DNA from: Escherichia coli
GTDB taxonomy: Bacteria > Pseudomonadota > Gammaproteobacteria > Enterobacterales > Enterobacteriaceae
Assembly: GCF_002854065.1 (NCBI RefSeq)
Contig: NZ_CP024147.1
Direction: 5' to 3' (one strand)
DNA length: 64,000 nucleotides
In this document: positions 37,168 through 52,860 of the stretch, piece by piece
Layout of the letters: each line of letters begins with the position of its first letter
Position numbering within the stretch: the stretch's first letter is position 1
Made by a program: the position numbers and the translations under genes
The notes under the pieces: model-generated
Databases searched by the model: none
What the model saw: only the letters and a program-made list of their open reading frames with translations
What the model was told of the DNA's origin: nothing

Positions 37168-38265
37168 TCAGGCGCTTTGTGCGAGAGCAAGTTCCTCATC
37201 TCGGGTTTCGATACGCTCGTCGCCGTTATACAGCCGCGCATGTTGCAGACCAACGAATAAACGCTCGCCACGCTGCGGGGCATCGTCGCCATGCATCACG
37301 ACCGTCAGCGGTTCGTTGTACCACCCCAGCGGCTGCACCACTAATTGGGTGTAGTGACCTTTCGGGCTGGCTTCCAGTACCTGTACCGGCAGCGGCGAAT
37401 CGAGGCTGGTACGGCGGCTGATATCCACTTCCCACGGGCGCAGGAAGAGATCCACCGGCCCCTGATACGCAGGTGTGTAGCCCAGCGGCCAGCGATGTGC
37501 GCCAACATGGAACTGCCCGCCGCGAATGGTTCCCTGCAGGCGGTTCACTTCGCCCATAAATTCGAGCACAAAACGGGTCGCCGGTTCGCGCCATACCTGA
37601 TCCGGCGCGTCAGCCTGTTCAATATTGCCCTGGCTCATCACAACTACACGATCAGCTACTTCGGTCGCTTCTTCCTGATCGTGGGTCACAAAAACGCTGG
37701 TGAATTTTAGTTCTTCATGGAGTTGACGCAGCCAGCGACGCAGCTCTTTACGCACCTGCGCATCCAACGCGCCAAACGGTTCATCAAGCAGCAGAATTTG
37801 CGGTTCTACAGCAAGCGCACGCGCCAGCGCTACACGCTGTTTCTGGCCGCCGGAAAGCTGCGCCGGATAACGATCCGCCAGATGGGCAAGCTGGACCATT
37901 TCCAGCAATTTTGTCACTTTCGCTTTGATCGCCGCGGCATTCGGGCGCTCGCGACGCGGCAGCACCGTCAGGCCAAAAGCGATATTGTCGAATACCGTCA
38001 TATGGCGGAACAGCGCGTAATGCTGGAACACGAAACCGACTTTACGGTCGCGCGCATGCAGGCGGCTGACGTCGGTACCGTGGAAACGGATATGCCCGCT
38101 GGTTTGATGCTCCAGCCCGGCGATAATCCGCAGCAGCGTGGTTTTCCCGGAGCCGGAGGGCCCCAGCAACGCGACCATCTGACCAGAAGGAATATCCAGT
38201 GAGATATCGTTCAGCACCTGGGTGCGACCAAAAGACTTCTTAATATTGGCAATCTCAATGCTCAT
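37168..38265 (-). CDS. cysA: Sulfate/thiosulfate ABC transporter ATPase CysA
   Basis: 365 aa, Walker [13 protein letters not shown] signature [15 protein letters not shown]. Confidence 0.95.
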   Translation of the reverse strand: MSIEIANIKKSFGRTQVLNDISLDIPSGQMVALLGPSGSGKTTLLRIIAGLEHQTSGHIRFHGTDVSRLHARDRKVGFVFQHYALFRHMTVFDNIAFGLTVLPRRERPNAAAIKAKVTKLLEMVQLAHLADRYPAQLSGGQKQRVALARALAVEPQILLLDEPFGALDAQVRKELRRWLRQLHEELKFTSVFVTHDQEEATEVADRVVVMSQGNIEQADAPDQVWREPATRFVLEFMGEVNRLQGTIRGGQFHVGAHRWPLGYTPAYQGPVDLFLRPWEVDISRRTSLDSPLPVQVLEASPKGHYTQLVVQPLGWYNEPLTVVMHGDDAPQRGERLFVGLQHARLYNGDERIETRDEELALAQSA

Positions 38266-39130
38266 GATGCTCCTCCTGCTGCGCGCGTTTTTCCTGATTC
38301 TCCAGACGCCACTGCAACATACTCTTTAAAAACAGGGTGATAATCGCCATCAGCGTCAACAGCGCGGCGGCGGTAAAGGAGCCGACGGTGTTGTAGTCCT
38401 GCTCCAGCAATTCAATCTGTAACGGCAGCGAAAGTGTTTCGCCACGAATCGAGCCGGAAACCACCGACACCGCGCCAAACTCGCCAATCGCGCGGGCGTT
38501 GGTCAGCACCACGCCGTAAAGCAGCGCCCAGCGAATATTCGGTAATGTAACGCGACGGAACATCTGCCAGCCAGACGCGCCAAGCAAAATCGCCGCTTCG
38601 TCTTCCTGGCTGCCCTGGCTTAACATCACCGGCACCAGCTCGCGCACCACAAACGGACACGTCACAAAGATGGTGACCAGCACCATTCCCGGCCAGGAGA
38701 ACATGATTTGCAGATTATGTTCATCCAGCCAGCCGCCCAGCGGGCCGTTAGAGCCGTAGAACAGCAGATACACCAGACCGGCAACCACCGGCGATACGGC
38801 AAACGGAATGTCCAGTAGCGTCAGCAGTAACTGGCGTCCGGGGAAGTTAAAGCGCGTCACCAGCCAGGCCAGCAGAATGCCGAACACCAGGTTCACCGGT
38901 ACGGCAATCAGCGCAATCATCACCGTCAGCCAAATCGCGTGCAACATGTCCGGATCGGCCAGATTCTGTAAAACCGGCATCAGCCCCTTGCTGAATGCCT
39001 GCACGAAGATGTAAATCATCGGCACCAGCAGGATGAACGCCGAAACCAGCATCCCGATGCCAATCAGAAACCATTTGCCCCAGTTAATCGGGCGCGCGTC
39101 ATAACGCTTCAATTGGGTAACTTCCGCCAT
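38255..39130 (-). CDS. cysW: Sulfate/thiosulfate ABC transporter permease CysW
   Basis: 291-aa permease, overlaps cysA start. Confidence 0.9.
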   Translation of the reverse strand: MAEVTQLKRYDARPINWGKWFLIGIGMLVSAFILLVPMIYIFVQAFSKGLMPVLQNLADPDMLHAIWLTVMIALIAVPVNLVFGILLAWLVTRFNFPGRQLLLTLLDIPFAVSPVVAGLVYLLFYGSNGPLGGWLDEHNLQIMFSWPGMVLVTIFVTCPFVVRELVPVMLSQGSQEDEAAILLGASGWQMFRRVTLPNIRWALLYGVVLTNARAIGEFGAVSVVSGSIRGETLSLPLQIELLEQDYNTVGSFTAAALLTLMAIITLFLKSMLQWRLENQEKRAQQEEHHEH

Positions 39131-39963
39131 TAATGACCTACCACACGCCGACCAAAGCGACTTTGCAGAGTGTTAATTGAGAACAGCAGCAGCAGAGATG
39201 CCGCGAGGATCACCGAAGCAATCGCGCTCGCCGCCGGGTAATCAAACTCCTGCAAGCGCACAAAAATCATCAGCGACGTCACTTCCGTCTTCCAGGCGAT
39301 GTTCCCGGCGATAAATATCACCGCGCCAAACTCACCAAGACTACGGGTAAACGACAGCGCCACGCCCGCCACCAGCGCCGGAGAAAGCTCCGGCAGCACC
39401 ACTTTGCAGAAACTTTGCCAGCGCGTTGCGCCAAGCGTTTCTGCCGCTTCTTCATATTCCGGGCCCAACTCTTCCAGCACCGGCTGCACGGTACGCACCA
39501 CAAACGGGATGCTGGTAAAGGCCATCGCCACCGCGATCCCAAGCCAGGTGTAGGTGACTTTGATATCAAACTTCGCCAGCCATTCACCGTAAAAACCGTT
39601 CACGGAAAAGAGCGAGGCCAGCGTTAAACCGGCGACTGCCGTTGGCAGCGCAAAGGGTAAATCCATCAGCGCATCAAGCAGCGTGCGGCCCGGAAAGCGA
39701 TAGCGGGTTAAGATCCACGCCATCAGCAGACCGAAAACGCCGTTAAAAATTGATGCCACAAACGCCGACAGCAGCGTCACTTTGTAGGCCGCGACCACCT
39801 GCGGGTTGGTGATCACCTCCCAGTACTGCGCCCAGCTCATCTCAGAGAGTTGCATAACCAGCGCAGAGAGCGGTAGCAGCAAAATCAGGCACACAAACAG
39901 CAGACTGGTGCCGAGGCTTAAGGTAAAGCCCGGCAGCACGCGTCTTGATGAAACTGCAAACAT
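39130..39963 (-). CDS. cysU: Sulfate/thiosulfate ABC transporter permease CysU (CysT)
   Basis: 277-aa permease, overlaps cysW. Confidence 0.9.
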   Translation of the reverse strand: MFAVSSRRVLPGFTLSLGTSLLFVCLILLLPLSALVMQLSEMSWAQYWEVITNPQVVAAYKVTLLSAFVASIFNGVFGLLMAWILTRYRFPGRTLLDALMDLPFALPTAVAGLTLASLFSVNGFYGEWLAKFDIKVTYTWLGIAVAMAFTSIPFVVRTVQPVLEELGPEYEEAAETLGATRWQSFCKVVLPELSPALVAGVALSFTRSLGEFGAVIFIAGNIAWKTEVTSLMIFVRLQEFDYPAASAIASVILAASLLLLFSINTLQSRFGRRVVGH

Positions 39964-40979
39964 TACTTACGCCCCGCCGCTAACAGCTTGTCTAACTCGC
40001 CGCCGCTGGTGAAATGGGTTTTCATCACTTCCAGCCAGGAGCCAAATTTGTCTTCCACGCGGAACAGCTCGGTCTGCGGGAATTTGTCTTTCAGTTTGTC
40101 CATGACTTCCGGGTTATTTACGCGGTAGTAATAGTCGGTGATGATGGTCTGCGCCTGCGGGCTGTAGAGCCAATTCAGATAGGCAATTGCTGCTTTTTCC
40201 GTACCGTTGTCCTGCACGTTTTTATCGACCCACGCCACCGGGAATTCCGCCAGAATGTTGGTTTTCGGAATCACCACTTCAAAGCCCTGCGCTTCATACT
40301 GTTTGCGGATGTTGTTCACTTCCGACTCGAAGCTGATCAGCACATCGCCCAGGCCGCGCTCGGCAAAAGTGGTGGTCGCGCCACGACCGCCAGTATCGAA
40401 CACTTCAACGTTTTTCAGGAACTGGGTCATAAACTGTTCGGTTTTGGCTTTATCGCCACCGTCAGCTTTGTCCGCTGCGCCCCATGCCGCCAGATAGGTG
40501 TAACGCGCGTTACCGGAGGTTTTTGGGTTCGGAAAAATTAGCTTCACATCGGAGCGCACCAGGTCGTTCCAGTCGTGGATATTTTTCGGGTTGCCCTTAC
40601 GCACCAGGAAGCCCATGGTGGAGTAGAACGGCGAGCTATTATTCGGCAGGCGCGACTGCCAGTCCGCCGGGATAAGCTTGCCTTTATCGTGCAGAATTTG
40701 TACGTCGGTCACCTGGTTATAAGTGACAACGTCGGCTTTTAAGCCCTGCAAAATTGCCAGCGCCTGTTTTGATGACCCGGCATGAGATTGTTTTATCGTC
40801 AGTTTGTCGCCGCCGTTATCTTTGGCCCATTGTTGCTCAAACGGCGGGTTCAGGGCGGCAAACAGCTCGCGGGAGACGTCATAAGAACTGTTCAGCAGTT
40901 CCGTTGCCTGTACATGGCCCGCCAGCAGCAGAGAAGCGACCAGCGCGAGTGAGTTCTTTTTCAGTAAGTTAACGGCCAT
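39963..40979 (-). CDS. cysP: Thiosulfate-binding periplasmic protein CysP
   Basis: 338 aa with signal peptide; first gene of the cysPUWAM operon. Confidence 0.9.
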   Translation of the reverse strand: MAVNLLKKNSLALVASLLLAGHVQATELLNSSYDVSRELFAALNPPFEQQWAKDNGGDKLTIKQSHAGSSKQALAILQGLKADVVTYNQVTDVQILHDKGKLIPADWQSRLPNNSSPFYSTMGFLVRKGNPKNIHDWNDLVRSDVKLIFPNPKTSGNARYTYLAAWGAADKADGGDKAKTEQFMTQFLKNVEVFDTGGRGATTTFAERGLGDVLISFESEVNNIRKQYEAQGFEVVIPKTNILAEFPVAWVDKNVQDNGTEKAAIAYLNWLYSPQAQTIITDYYYRVNNPEVMDKLKDKFPQTELFRVEDKFGSWLEVMKTHFTSGGELDKLLAAGRK

Positions 40980-41136
40980 TGCGCACCCTTATAAATTTAA
41001 TGACTTTCTAATAGCCATCATATTTATAACGGACGTGAAAGGAGTAACGGTTTTATATACCGTTTGGTGATTTGGAAGTTGAAAAGGGAATAAGACGAAA
41101 TCCTCCCCACACATGCAGGGAGGAAACAGAGGTGAA

Positions 41137-41928
41137 TCAGATACCGACGCTGACCGTCTCCGGCAGTGTGCTGCCGCCATCAATCACATTCTGTGTACCG
41201 GTTAAATAGCTGGATTCATCCGATGCAAGGAAGGCCGCCAGTTCGCCGACTTCCAGCGGATCGGCGAGGCGACGCAGCGGGATTGCTTTTGCCATATCAG
41301 TCAGCACCGACTCTGGATCTTCCGGGTTCGACTGGCGGGCAATGCTTTCCGCCATTGGCGTGCGGACGTATCCCGGGCAGATGGCGTTAACGCGAATACC
41401 GGATTGCGCGTACTCCACCGCCAGCGATTTTGTCAGGCCAACAATCGCCGCTTTCGTTAAGGCGTACGCCGTTTCACCCGGATCGGCCACCATATCACCA
41501 GTGACTGAAGACATCATCACAATGCGACCATCTTTGCGGGCAATCATCTCCGGCAGCACCGCCTTCGTGACGTTCCATACGCCTTTAATATTGATGTCAA
41601 TATGGAAATCGCGATCGTCATCGCTCATATCGAGGAAACTGCCCAGACGACAAACGCCTGCGTTATTCACCAGGATATCAATGCGCCCTTCTTTTTCCTT
41701 CGCGCGTTTGATAGCTGCGGCTACCGACGCCGGGTCACGCACATCGGCGACAACCGCCGTACAGCGATGACCACGACCACACAGTTCGTCCGCCAGCTTT
41801 TCGATCTCAGGGGAGATATCCAGCAAGATTAGGTTTGCGCCATGACGCGCAAAAGTTCTGGCAATTCCTTCGCCAATTCCCTGCAATGCGCCCGTAATCA
41901 GTGCTGTCTTGCCCGTGAGTTTACCCAT
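41137..41928 (-). CDS. ucpA: Short-chain dehydrogenase/reductase UcpA
   Basis: 263 aa from ATG 41928 (MGKLTGKTALITGALQGIGEGIA Rossmann motif); ORF track opens at an upstream Met. Confidence 0.85.
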   Translation of the reverse strand: MGKLTGKTALITGALQGIGEGIARTFARHGANLILLDISPEIEKLADELCGRGHRCTAVVADVRDPASVAAAIKRAKEKEGRIDILVNNAGVCRLGSFLDMSDDDRDFHIDINIKGVWNVTKAVLPEMIARKDGRIVMMSSVTGDMVADPGETAYALTKAAIVGLTKSLAVEYAQSGIRVNAICPGYVRTPMAESIARQSNPEDPESVLTDMAKAIPLRRLADPLEVGELAAFLASDESSYLTGTQNVIDGGSTLPETVSVGI

Positions 41929-42056
41929 TTTAATGCTCTCCTTGTTAATACAGAGCGTTACACTCCATTCCCTCTGAAAATACAGGATAAACAAAATATT
42001 GCTGCGGATCAGCTCACTAATTCAGGAAAATCTCAATCCAGTCGCTGCTTTATGCA

Positions 42057-42914
42057 TCATTTCAGGCGTTGTGTTAGCTCACTGCTGCGCTGAATCATTT
42101 TCAATGACTCCACATCATTGAGTTGCACAAGACCAACAAACAGTAAATCGGTAACAGAATTTTGCGCCGTGCGGGTAGACATCGACGAGCTACGCCATTC
42201 GGTTTCACCGGAAACGGTATCGAGCGTGAAATGCGCCAGCCGCCGCAGCGGAGAGTCAGCCAGAGAAGTAATGGCAATCACCGTTGCCCCCTGCTTTCGT
42301 GCCGCTTCTGCGCACAAGACAATCTCTTTTTTACTGCCGCTGTAAGAGATAGCGATTTGTACATCGCCTTTTTTCAACGCCTGGGAAACGGTAGCTTGTA
42401 CGTGCGTGTCGGCTTCGCAGGCCACGCGATAGCCAATTTTCATCAGTTTGAACGACAGATCGCGCCCCACCAGCGCCGATCCGCCCAGGCCCGTTATCTG
42501 GATAAACGGTGCTTTACTGATGACCTCAATGATTTTTTGCAGCCGCGCGTAGTCGAACAACGCGCAGGTTTGCTCCAGCGCCAGCTCTTTTTCGCGATTC
42601 AGTTTGCGGGCAATCACTTCCAGCGAATCATCACTGGTAATCGAACTGTGCAGGTGCAGCGCCGTGGCATTCGTTTTCTCCCGGCTGGCACAGTATTCGC
42701 CTATTAACGCCATACGCAATTCAGTAAATCCTTGTGCGCCGAGCTTCTGGGCAAACTTCACAATACTCGACTGGCTGATGCCGAGCTGTTTCGCCATCTT
42801 GCGCGAAGAGACGGATTTCAGCTCACTCACGTTGGCCCGCAGAAAGTCAGCAATTTTTTGCTCGTTCTCGGTAAATTCACTTTCCGCATTGCGTATTTTC
42901 GTCAGGTACAACAT
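42057..42914 (-). CDS. murR: RpiR/SIS-family repressor MurR
   Basis: 285 aa from ATG 42914 ([14 protein letters not shown]); HTH plus SIS domain; divergent from murQ. Confidence 0.85.
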   Translation of the reverse strand: MLYLTKIRNAESEFTENEQKIADFLRANVSELKSVSSRKMAKQLGISQSSIVKFAQKLGAQGFTELRMALIGEYCASREKTNATALHLHSSITSDDSLEVIARKLNREKELALEQTCALFDYARLQKIIEVISKAPFIQITGLGGSALVGRDLSFKLMKIGYRVACEADTHVQATVSQALKKGDVQIAISYSGSKKEIVLCAEAARKQGATVIAITSLADSPLRRLAHFTLDTVSGETEWRSSSMSTRTAQNSVTDLLFVGLVQLNDVESLKMIQRSSELTQRLK

Positions 42915-43077
42915 CTTCCACTCTCCTGGGCTGGCAGCAAAAATTCCGCTTAAGTTCTTATGACGCTCTTCACACTCTGCGAGTGTAGACTCAATGATTC
43001 CTTTATGTCTGTCAATTCGGGATATATGATTCCATACATCTGCAATTATTTGATCGTAAATAGTAAGGTCACCACCG

Positions 43078-43974
43078 ATGCAACTTGAAAAGATGATTAC
43101 CGAAGGCTCGAACGCCGCCTCGGCTGAAATTGACCGCGTATCAACGCTGGAAATGTGCCGGATTGTCAACGATGAAGATAAAACCGTACCGCTTGCCGTT
43201 GAGCGCGTACTGCCGGATATCGCCGCGGCGATCGATGTTATCCACGCCCAGGTAAGCGGCGGCGGTCGTCTGATTTATCTCGGTGCGGGAACATCCGGTC
43301 GTCTGGGGATTCTGGATGCCAGCGAATGTCCGCCCACCTACGGCGTGAAACCGGGTTTGGTGGTTGGTTTGATTGCTGGAGGCGAATATGCCATTCAGCA
43401 CGCGGTGGAAGGCGCTGAAGATAGCCGGGAAGGTGGTGTTAACGATCTGAAAAATATTAATTTAACGGCACAGGATGTGGTGGTTGGTATTGCGGCCAGT
43501 GGTCGCACGCCGTATGTAATTGCCGGACTGGAATACGCACGCCAGCTCGGCTGCCGTACAGTGGGAATTTCCTGTAATCCGGGGAGTGCCGTTTCAACCA
43601 CCGCCGAGTTTGCCATTACACCGATTGTAGGTGCCGAAGTGGTTACCGGTTCTTCGCGAATGAAAGCAGGCACAGCGCAGAAACTGGTGCTCAATATGCT
43701 CTCCACCGGGCTGATGATTAAATCCGGCAAAGTGTTCGGCAACCTGATGGTCGATGTGGTCGCCACCAACGAAAAACTGCATGTGCGCCAGGTCAATATC
43801 GTTAAAAACGCTACCGGATGTAGCGCAGAGCAAGCGGAAGCGGCGTTAATTGCCTGCGAGCGCAACTGTAAAACGGCCATTGTGATGTTGCTGAAAAATC
43901 TCGATGCCGCAGAGGCTAAAAAACGCCTGGATCAACACGGCGGCTTTATTCGTCAGGTTTTAGACAAGGAATAA
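43078..43974 (+). CDS. murQ: N-acetylmuramic acid 6-phosphate etherase MurQ
   Basis: 298 aa, SIS domain. Confidence 0.9.
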   Translation: MQLEKMITEGSNAASAEIDRVSTLEMCRIVNDEDKTVPLAVERVLPDIAAAIDVIHAQVSGGGRLIYLGAGTSGRLGILDASECPPTYGVKPGLVVGLIAGGEYAIQHAVEGAEDSREGGVNDLKNINLTAQDVVVGIAASGRTPYVIAGLEYARQLGCRTVGISCNPGSAVSTTAEFAITPIVGAEVVTGSSRMKAGTAQKLVLNMLSTGLMIKSGKVFGNLMVDVVATNEKLHVRQVNIVKNATGCSAEQAEAALIACERNCKTAIVMLLKNLDAAEAKKRLDQHGGFIRQVLDKE

Positions 43975-43977
43975 CCC

Positions 43978-45402
<1,425 letters not shown>

Positions 45403-45406
45403 TATT

Positions 45407-46711
45407 ATGAAACGGACAATGCTCTATCTTTCTCTGCTGGCTGTCAGCTATAGCGTCAGCGCCGCAAAATACCCTGTTCTGACAGAAAGTTCGCCAGAGA
45501 AAGCAGGGTTCAACGTCGAACGGCTTAACCAGATGGATCGCTGGATTAGCCAGCAAGTGGACGCCGGTTATCCCGGCGTAAACCTGCTGATTATAAAAGA
45601 TAATCAGATTGTGTATCGCAAAGCCTGGGGAGCGGCGAAAAAGTACGATGGCAGCGTATTGATGGAACAGCCTGTCAAAGCCACCACCGGGACGCTGTAT
45701 GACCTGGCTTCCAATACCAAGATGTACGCCACTAACTTTGCTCTGCAAAAGCTAATGAGCGAAGGCAAGCTGCATCCTGACGATCGGATTGCGAAATATA
45801 TTCCGGGATTTGCCGATAGTCCAAATGACACCATCAAAGGCAAAAACACGCTGCGGATTTCTGACCTGCTGCATCACAGCGGCGGTTTCCCGGCGGACCC
45901 ACAATATCCGAATAAAGCGGTCGCGGGCGCGTTATATTCCCAGGATAAAGGCCAAACGCTGGAGATGATCAAGCGCACGCCGCTAGAGTATCAGCCCGGC
46001 AGCAAGCATATTTACAGTGATGTCGATTATATGCTGCTTGGATTTATCGTCGAGTCGGTCACCGGTCAGCCGCTTGACCGCTATGTTGAAGAGTCGATTT
46101 ATCGCCCGCTCGGCCTGAAACATACGGTATTTAACCCGTTGCTGAAAGGCTTTAAACCGCAGCAAATTGCCGCCACGGAATTGAACGGCAATACCCGCGA
46201 TGGAGTGATCCACTTCCCGAATATCCGCACCTCCACTCTCTGGGGTCAGGTGCACGATGAAAAAGCCTTTTATTCGATGGGCGGCGTTTCCGGGCACGCA
46301 GGTTTGTTTTCCAATACCGGCGATATTGCGGTGTTAATGCAAACGATGCTGAACGGCGGGGGCTATGGCGATGTGCAGCTGTTCAGTGCGGAAACGGTGA
46401 AGATGTTCACCACCAGCTCTAAGGAAGATGCCACTTTTGGCCTCGGCTGGCGCGTGAATGGTAATGCCACCATGACGCCGACGTTTGGCACGCTGGCAAG
46501 CCCGCAAACCTACGGTCACACTGGCTGGACCGGAACGGTGACCGTTATCGATCCGGTGAATCATATGGCGATTGTGATGTTAAGCAACAAGCCACATTCG
46601 CCAGTTGCCGATCCGCAAAAGAATCCCAATATGTTCGAAAGCGGTCAGTTACCGATTGCAACTTATGGTTGGGTGGTTGATCAGGTATATGCGGCGTTAA
46701 AGCAGAAATAA
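45407..46711 (+). CDS. yfeW: Penicillin-binding protein 4B-like serine hydrolase YfeW
   Basis: 434 aa from ATG 45407 with signal peptide; beta-lactamase-fold SxxK motif (SNTK). Confidence 0.85.
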   Translation: MKRTMLYLSLLAVSYSVSAAKYPVLTESSPEKAGFNVERLNQMDRWISQQVDAGYPGVNLLIIKDNQIVYRKAWGAAKKYDGSVLMEQPVKATTGTLYDLASNTKMYATNFALQKLMSEGKLHPDDRIAKYIPGFADSPNDTIKGKNTLRISDLLHHSGGFPADPQYPNKAVAGALYSQDKGQTLEMIKRTPLEYQPGSKHIYSDVDYMLLGFIVESVTGQPLDRYVEESIYRPLGLKHTVFNPLLKGFKPQQIAATELNGNTRDGVIHFPNIRTSTLWGQVHDEKAFYSMGGVSGHAGLFSNTGDIAVLMQTMLNGGGYGDVQLFSAETVKMFTTSSKEDATFGLGWRVNGNATMTPTFGTLASPQTYGHTGWTGTVTVIDPVNHMAIVMLSNKPHSPVADPQKNPNMFESGQLPIATYGWVVDQVYAALKQK

Positions 46712-46768
46712 TAAAAAGGCCAGTCAGTTGTGTTACTGGCTGGCCTTGAATCATCGAATCAGAAACGC

Positions 46769-47752
<984 letters not shown>

Positions 47753-47763
47753 TCAGACGCAAA

Positions 47764-48339
47764 TTAACGCCGCCAGATAATTTTACTGACTTTCCAGTTT
47801 TTCAGGGTATCGTCCGAAGGCATTAACCCTTCAGGACCACTCCATTCCCCGCTGAACTGGTAGCTAATATGTTGACTGCCTTCGGCTTTACATTCGACGG
47901 CACGATTATCATCACCATCAGCTTTTTGGCAATTGCCAAATGCTTTGCTGTAAAGGTCGCTAAACGGTGTACCGATTTTAACACCGGTGTCAGCAGGAAT
48001 ATCGCTATCCAGCACGTCAATGCGACTGATCGTGCCTTGATCGCCGTTAATCACCATCGCCACGTTGTCGCCCTTCATCACTTCAAAAAAGCGCACCACG
48101 TTGCCGTTCGCGGTTTTCATTCCGCTGCGCAGGCGATAATCGCCATCAAGCGCATCGGCAATGGCTTGTTCTTGCAGTGGTGTGGACGCCGTTAATTCAC
48201 CAACGCCCTGCTCGCTCACTTTGGTGGACGACCCAAACCAGTTCCACGGGTTAGCGGCAGACCAGTTAACTGACGACATCGTGGAACAGCCGGTCAGCAT
48301 CAATGGCATAGCGCATAACATTAAACGCAGCGATTTCAT
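47764..48339 (-). CDS. yfeY: Lipoprotein YfeY
   Basis: 191 aa with lipobox LTGCST. Confidence 0.8.
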   Translation of the reverse strand: MKSLRLMLCAMPLMLTGCSTMSSVNWSAANPWNWFGSSTKVSEQGVGELTASTPLQEQAIADALDGDYRLRSGMKTANGNVVRFFEVMKGDNVAMVINGDQGTISRIDVLDSDIPADTGVKIGTPFSDLYSKAFGNCQKADGDDNRAVECKAEGSQHISYQFSGEWSGPEGLMPSDDTLKNWKVSKIIWRR

Positions 48340-48399
48340 GTCACTTCCTTTGGTTATTCAATAACGTTGCTTGGAGTGCAAATTCACCAAAAAGTGCCG

Positions 48400-48849
48400 T
48401 TATTCTTTTACTTCATTAAAACAAGCGCGTAAACGTCGATTGGTCAGCAGCCAGATTAACGCCACAATATCCGCCACTACCAGCGCCAGACCGAAACCGC
48501 TAACGGATTCACCGTTCAGCCACAGCCACGGTTGCCAGCAAAGTAAAACCACCTGCGCCAACAGCAACAGAAAATAGAGTACACGCCAGGTGCGAGGAAA
48601 CGTAGCCCGCCGACCGCTCAACAAAAACGCCAGCACCGCCGGAATGCCAGGAATCAGCCCCAGCCAGAAATTATCGTGATCGGGATAAAACAGATTTAGC
48701 AGCGCAGTACCCTGCTCGCGCGACGCACCGGCAATGACAAACAGCACCCAGGTTCGCGCCTGAAGCAATAGCACAAGCCAGAAGAGCAAGGGTAAACGCA
48801 GGCGACCGTGCGCATCATAATGGACAGGATGAAACTCAGTACTCTTCAT
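48400..48849 (-). CDS. yfeZ: Inner membrane protein YfeZ
   Basis: About 149-aa hydrophobic protein; start chosen at the second Met. Confidence 0.75.
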
Positions 48850-49261
48850 CTTCAATCAAACGCTTACCCAGACTCAGCACGTCGGCGTGTTCATATCCCA
48901 GGCGTTCATACATTCCGAGCACCATGTCGTTATCTTCCGGCACGTTGATCTGAATTTTCGGGCAGCCGCGAGCAATCAGCTTTTTCTCCAGCCGGTTAAG
49001 CAACGCATTGGCAATCCCACGCCCACGAAACTCTGGATGCACGCCAAGATAATAAGCAGACCCGCGATGCCCGTCATAACCGCCCATCACCGTTCCGACC
49101 ACTTCACCGTTCACCTCAGCGACCAGAAACAAACTGACGTCATGGTTCATCTTACGCTCGATGTCCATTTCCGGATCGTTCCACGGACGCAGCAAGTCGC
49201 AACGCTCCCAAAGGGTGATGACCTCTTCGAAATCTTCCTGGCGAAATACGCGTATCTCCAT
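48836..49261 (-). CDS. ypeA: GNAT acetyltransferase YpeA
   Basis: 141 aa from [14 protein letters not shown]; GNAT motif [10 protein letters not shown]. Confidence 0.85.
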
Positions 49262-49474
49262 GGTATTCGTTACCTTTTTGCGGGTTAAAAGGCTGATTAT
49301 GGCGTGAACGGTCGAATTAGCCAATATCTGACGAAAATCGGTTGAAAAAGTGGCATAATGGGGAGTTGTCAACTATTGAAATGAAAAGTAAAACAATTCT
49401 CAACAGCAAACGGTCGTAACGGATTACGCGATACGATATAACATCTGGAACTTTATTATTACAACTCAGGCCGT

Positions 49475-50344
49475 ATGAGCACTTTTAAACCACTAAAAAC
49501 ACTCACTTCGCGCCGCCAGGTGCTGAAAGCCGGTTTGGCTGCCCTGACGTTGTCAGGAATGTCGCAAGCCATCGCCAAAGACGAACCTTTAAAAACCAGC
49601 AATGGACACAGCAAGCCGAAAGCTAAAAAATCTGGCGGCAAACGTGTCGTTGTTCTCGATCCAGGCCACGGCGGGATTGATACCGGAGCGATCGGGCGCA
49701 ACGGTTCGAAAGAAAAACATGTGGTGCTGGCGATTGCTAAAAACGTCCGTTCCATTTTGCGTAATCATGGGATTGATGCGCGTTTAACGCGTTCTGGCGA
49801 TACGTTTATCCCACTTTACGATCGCGTTGAAATCGCCCATAAACATGGCGCAGATCTGTTTATGTCAATTCATGCCGATGGCTTTACCAACCCGAAAGCT
49901 GCCGGTGCTTCGGTATTTGCCCTCTCTAACCGTGGGGCAAGTAGCGCAATGGCGAAATACCTGTCTGAACGCGAAAACCGCGCCGATGAAGTTGCCGGTA
50001 AAAAGGCGACTGACAAGGATCACCTATTGCAGCAAGTGCTGTTTGATCTGGTGCAAACCGATACTATTAAAAACAGCCTGACGCTTGGCTCGCATATTCT
50101 GAAAAAGATTAAGCCGGTGCATAAACTGCACAGCCGCAACACCGAACAAGCCGCGTTTGTGGTGTTGAAATCGCCGTCGGTTCCTTCGGTGCTGGTGGAA
50201 ACCTCGTTTATCACCAACCCGGAAGAAGAGCGGCTGTTAGGCACGGCGGCGTTTCGTCAGAAAATCGCCACAGCGATTGCTGAAGGCGTGATCAGTTATT
50301 TCCACTGGTTCGACAACCAGAAAGCACATTCGAAAAAGCGATAA
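49475..50344 (+). CDS. amiA: N-acetylmuramoyl-L-alanine amidase AmiA
   Basis: 289 aa, Tat signal (RRQVLKAGLAALTL), amidase_3 domain. Confidence 0.9.
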   Translation: MSTFKPLKTLTSRRQVLKAGLAALTLSGMSQAIAKDEPLKTSNGHSKPKAKKSGGKRVVVLDPGHGGIDTGAIGRNGSKEKHVVLAIAKNVRSILRNHGIDARLTRSGDTFIPLYDRVEIAHKHGADLFMSIHADGFTNPKAAGASVFALSNRGASSAMAKYLSERENRADEVAGKKATDKDHLLQQVLFDLVQTDTIKNSLTLGSHILKKIKPVHKLHSRNTEQAAFVVLKSPSVPSVLVETSFITNPEEERLLGTAAFRQKIATAIAEGVISYFHWFDNQKAHSKKR

Positions 50345-51247
<903 letters not shown>

Positions 51248-51252
51248 CTCCC

Positions 51253-52305
51253 TCACCCCCATTCCCGCATCCGCTGATGCAACGTCAACGACGGCTTCTC
51301 GGCAAACAGCTGCTGGTAATCCGTGGCAAATTGCCCCAGATGCCAGAATCCCCACTGCATGGCGGCGTCTTTTACCGTTGTGCTTTGCGACCACGGGCTT
51401 ATCAGTTCGCGGCGCACGGCGTTCAGGCGAATGCGTTTCAGCCACGCGTTTGGGCCAATGCCTAAAATAGCGTGAAACGCGTTTTGTAGCGTGCGGCGGC
51501 TGACATGCAGTTGATTACACAAATCCAGCACCGTCACCGGTTCGGACATGTTTTCCAGCACATATTCACGGGCGCGGGAAAGTAATCTACGGTAACTCTG
51601 ATGACTGATGCTTTCCGCCGTCACCATTGGCTGTGCTTCTTCCAGCATCGCCCCCATCGCCATTAGCAAATTATCCCCCAGCACTTTTCGCACTGCAGGC
51701 TGATGGAGATTTTCCGGGTTCTCGCAAAACGTCGCCAGCGCCTGTTGGACAAAGCCCCACAGCGCGGCTTTATGCTGCTCTTTCACTTCCAGCGCCGACT
51801 GGCTACGCAGCATATGTAATACCCGATCCGGATTATGCAAAAAGTTAGCCTGACGGGTGATGACATCTTCAGAAAGCACTACGCCCAGGATCGTGTAATC
51901 GTCCGGCGTACTTAATTCAAACTCGGTTCCACCGGGGCGCGTCGCTATTTCTGCGCTTCCCAGACATTGCGAACCGATAAATCCCTGCTCACCGCGCGTC
52001 GCCGGAATGCCAAACCAGAACGAGTTCGGCCAGACCAGGCACGACTGACGCAGCGCCAGACCGGTGTATTCACGAAAAACCTGAATATCATCGAGTAGAA
52101 TTTCCGTAAATTCACCATGAAACTTGCCCGGATGCAGCTGATCGTAAATCTGCTGCCAGGCGGTAATCGTTAAAGCATGTTCATAGACATCCGTTGTCTG
52201 TCGTTGATGAACATTATCCACTTCGACCTTCGGCGTGAGCTTCAGGTTTTCGGGTAAGGGTTCATGATAAAGATGGTGCAAATTGGCTGTACGGGTCTTT
52301 TTCAT
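51253..52305 (-). CDS. eutR: AraC-family activator of the eut operon EutR
   Basis: 350 aa, C-terminal AraC HTH. Confidence 0.9.
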   Translation of the reverse strand: MKKTRTANLHHLYHEPLPENLKLTPKVEVDNVHQRQTTDVYEHALTITAWQQIYDQLHPGKFHGEFTEILLDDIQVFREYTGLALRQSCLVWPNSFWFGIPATRGEQGFIGSQCLGSAEIATRPGGTEFELSTPDDYTILGVVLSEDVITRQANFLHNPDRVLHMLRSQSALEVKEQHKAALWGFVQQALATFCENPENLHQPAVRKVLGDNLLMAMGAMLEEAQPMVTAESISHQSYRRLLSRAREYVLENMSEPVTVLDLCNQLHVSRRTLQNAFHAILGIGPNAWLKRIRLNAVRRELISPWSQSTTVKDAAMQWGFWHLGQFATDYQQLFAEKPSLTLHQRMREWG

Positions 52306-52350
52306 GATGTTAATGCCGGGTGTTGTAGGACACCCGGCACCTCCGACAGG

Positions 52351-52854
52351 TTAATGGGGCTTGAGACGATAACGACTACTGCGTTTACGTAACGTCCCGG
52401 CAGAAAAGAGCTGTTCGAGCGCATTTCTGGCTTTTTCCAGCGGCCAGCCAAAGTGGGCAGCCACTTCTCCTGCCGTCATTCCCTGACGTACTGATGTTAA
52501 CAGCGCCAACAACTCGTCAGCAGATTCCGCGACGATAACTGGCGCGTCGGGTTCCTTTACGGGTTGCTTCGGCTGGCGGTTAAAGCCAGTAACCAGCCAC
52601 TGGGTGTCATCGTCTGGCCGACCGATCTCCTTACGGCTGATGACACGCCCGGTACGCATCGCGGCAGCACAACCTGCGTCCAGCGCAGCACGACACGCCG
52701 CCAGATCGCCTTCCACCACCAGCGTTAAGCGACCAGGGTCAAGCACTTCGTGACTGAGCAGACAAACGTTAGCTGCTTTGAGCATGGCCGCTGCATCTAT
52801 CGCAGCGGCCATGCCGTCCACTTCCAGCAATCCCAGTGCATTGATCATCGGCAA
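52351..52854 (-). CDS. eutK: Ethanolamine microcompartment shell protein EutK
   Basis: 167 aa, BMC domain N-terminus plus C-terminal helix-turn-helix-like extension. Confidence 0.85.
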   Translation of the reverse strand: MPMINALGLLEVDGMAAAIDAAAMLKAANVCLLSHEVLDPGRLTLVVEGDLAACRAALDAGCAAAMRTGRVISRKEIGRPDDDTQWLVTGFNRQPKQPVKEPDAPVIVAESADELLALLTSVRQGMTAGEVAAHFGWPLEKARNALEQLFSAGTLRKRSSRYRLKPH

Positions 52855-52860
52855 CCTCCA